The position numbers and the translations under genes are program-made. The notes beneath the pieces were generated by a model, which saw only the letters and a list, made by a program, of their open reading frames with translations, made no database searches and was not told where the DNA came from. Positions 62,301 to 64,000 of a stretch of DNA of 64,000 nt are shown here, one piece after another. The DNA comes from Phoronis australis (taxonomy: Eukaryota; Animalia; Phoronida). Where the stretch lies: contig NMRA01000738.1 in the NCBI GenBank assembly GCA_002633005.1, positions 88,886 to 152,885 of the forward strand, read 5' to 3'. Position 1 is the first letter of the stretch, and every line of letters starts with the position of its first letter.

Positions 62301-63974
62301 TGACTGATGGTTTAATCAGTGTGCGACCAGTTGAGACAGTGGGACTATCTGCTGAGAGATCCTGTGTCAGTGGCTGTGATGAGATAACTCAGACTGAGAG
62401 TGAGAAGAGCACAGGTATCCTCATGCAGCTCAGATCTGATCATCAACAATACACTACAAGGTATGACACTCGGGACAAGGAATACCACAGGTGCTTCTTT
62501 TCAGCCGTCCATATCAAACACAAAACTTAATAAATTTCCCAAAACAAGTGTTCAGCAAACCATAGAGCAATTGTTTTTTCTTCTGATACCACTTACATCA
62601 GTGTCCTGCTCCAGCGAGTTTGCATAAAATTCGTGGTCAAAGCATTCTACCCAAAAAGCCGCTGCGTACTGTCAATGTGCCCAACGGAACAGCAGAAAAA
62701 AGTGCCTAATCAAAAATTAACTGACAGTGATGTCTAAAGTAAATCGCGTTTGGGTCTTTTAGTTTTATCTTGAACACACCACATGCATCCTCAACTTCTA
62801 ATCGTCCCCAATACACAATATAATTTTATGACACTCCAGACTAAAAATTCCAAGGCTGCTTCACTTCAGCCGTCCATAGCAAACACAAAACTCAATAAAT
62901 TTAAACAGAACAGAGGTTCAACAAACCGTGAGGAATTGTTCTTTCTCCCAACACAATTTACGGTGTCCTGCTCCACCGAGTTTGCAAGAAATTCGCGGTC
63001 AAAGCACAAAAATCTTCCCAAAAAAGTTCGTTTGGAGCAACTCCAGTGACACTGGCAGTTTCACACGCGAAGGGTACGGAATGAGTTACGAATGAACGGC
63101 AATTGCCGAGTTATCGATGCCTTGACTTTCCATGATGAATCGGTAACTCATCAGATAATTCCGTACCCTTTGCGTGTGACACAGGAGTTGCTCCAGACAG
63201 ACTTTTGGGGAAGATTTTTGTACTTTAACCGTGAATATCTTGCGATTTCTGTAGAGCAGCACACCGTTAATGGTATTGGGAGAAAGAAGAATTCCTCACG
63301 GTTTGTTAAACCTCTGTTTCGTGTAAATTCATTGAGTTTTGTGTTTGCGATAGTCGGCTGAAGTGAAGCACCCGTGGAATTTCCAGTCCGGAGTGTCACA
63401 CCTTGTAATATTATATAGGTGTTGTGAATGTTGGTTTGTATGGTCTTGTCTTTTGTGTTGTCTCGTGTGTTCGTGTTTGTTCGGGGATTTCCGTGAGTGG
63501 CCGGATGTTGAGAGATCTAGAATTAGCACGTGACTGGGGAATGATTGGAGCTCTGTCTTCGTCTGGTCCTGCTAAATGCAGGACGTCTGCGTGTGACTCA
63601 CAAGAGAAAGTCTGTGTTCAAGCGTCCATATGAGCAAAGGTAAGCTGCACGCGAACCTATATTGAATTACAACATAGGCCTATAGCGTATCGAGGACAAT
63701 CAGAAGCTGAGGACGCCTGTGCCACAGGCGTCCTCAGCTGTGGTATGGAACTAGGCAATGACCATCGCCTCGGGCCAACGGCAGGCTACAGACAGCACAG
63801 CCTAAACCGAGCCGGGCACAAATATTTATCTACTAATCCATTGCGCTTTCTGTCATCCGGCATCATCGTGCGACACTCGGTCGACAACAAATGCAATACA
63901 TTACCAGTCTTATTGACCGATTCTCCCTTGAGGCGTCTCAAATCTTCATCAGAAAAACCTGCCCACTCCGCCAT
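55922..63974 (-). CDS. GORAB: RAB6-interacting golgin GORAB, complement(join(55922..56360,57901..58041,59130..59231,59945..60254,63905..63974)), 353 aa; possible extra terminal exon (see findings)
   Basis: N-terminus MAEWAGFSDEDLRRLK matches the GORAB signature WAGFSEEELRRLK. Coiled coil QEKQKMMEELNKKKKEML..LQKELAHLD..DVSILRDKIE..KRYDRSEKEFVEAK..LTEHLYSIIHQNEVRKAKKL. 1062 nt in frame with GT-AG introns. Confidence 0.95.
56714..56749. repeat. 10-bp tandem repeat (GTTCATTCTC) x ~3.5
   Basis: Directly visible. Confidence 0.85.
57901..58041 (-). CDS. GORAB: GORAB exon 4 (KQKASAEASKLNYLQKELAHLDKLLNVDVSILRDKIESASRDYVEAK)
   Basis: Acceptor ctcatttag, donor AA|gtaagc. Not in the ORF track. Confidence 0.95.
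58297..58449. repeat. 24-bp minisatellite (CACTGCCCAAGGGTGAGTGGACAG) x ~6 in GORAB intron 3
   Basis: Directly visible. Explains the repetitive ORFs at 58170-58527. Confidence 0.96.
58669..58704. repeat. (TG)n microsatellite
   Basis: Directly visible. Confidence 0.9.
59130..59231 (-). CDS. GORAB: GORAB exon 3 (REKTTLHKFQEKQKMMEELNKKKKEMLVSAIKER)
   Basis: Acceptor tttttcttttag, donor AG|gtgagt. Confidence 0.94.
59945..60254 (-). CDS. GORAB: GORAB exon 2, low-complexity linker
   Basis: Acceptor cattttcag, donor GA|gtgagt. ORF 59941..60279. Phases 1/2 fit. Confidence 0.88.
62460..63400. repeat. Three copies of a ~200-250-bp unit: two direct (62463-62660, 62829-63082) and one inverted (63158-63398)
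   Basis: Shared blocks tgacactc..cttcagccg..aaacacaaaact..aaaccgtgaggaatt..gtgtcctgctcca..cccaaaa. ORFs 62400+, 62783+ and 63151- give similar peptides. Confidence 0.9.
63705..63739. repeat. Perfect 17-bp inverted repeat with a 1-nt spacer
   Basis: agctgaggacgcctgtg-c-cacaggcgtcctcagct. Confidence 0.95.
63905..63974 (-). CDS. GORAB: GORAB exon 1 (MAEWAGFSDEDLRRLKGESVNKT)
   Basis: ATG in aaacATGG context, donor G|gtaatg. Confidence 0.93.
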
Positions 63975-64000
63975 GTTTCAGCTTTATCGCCCTCTGGTGT

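Noticed and set aside
62400-63399. Three similar short ORFs as a small paralogous peptide family
   Set aside because: Start and stop positions and frames differ between copies. The similarity is explained by the non-coding repeat.

Overview
This is eukaryotic DNA: AT-rich, intron-rich and repeat-rich, probably a marine invertebrate (inference). It is a draft assembly with one 543-N gap and one single N. It holds two convergent spliceosomal genes. (1) A discoidin domain receptor tyrosine kinase (DDR1/DDR2 co-ortholog) on the + strand. I reconstructed 13 coding exons by hand (33484-47778, about 906 aa, all GT-AG, phases consistent). The signal-peptide exon was not found, so 1-33 kb is probably one large 5' intron. 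(2) GORAB (RAB6-interacting golgin) on the - strand, with 5 exons from 63974 to 55922 (353 aa) and a likely sixth terminal exon at 52478-52406. The non-coding DNA contains several non-autonomous DNA transposons recognisable by TIR/TSD (Kolobok-like, hAT-like, and a Harbinger-like element nested in another MITE), an old dispersed MITE family, minisatellites, perfect palindromes, a long foldback in GORAB intron 1 and recurring CTCF-like motifs. I found no prokaryotic-type system (CRISPR, operon) and no evidence of a wholly new biological system. The most interesting items concern gene structure and repeat architecture. Most short ORFs in the track are spurious.
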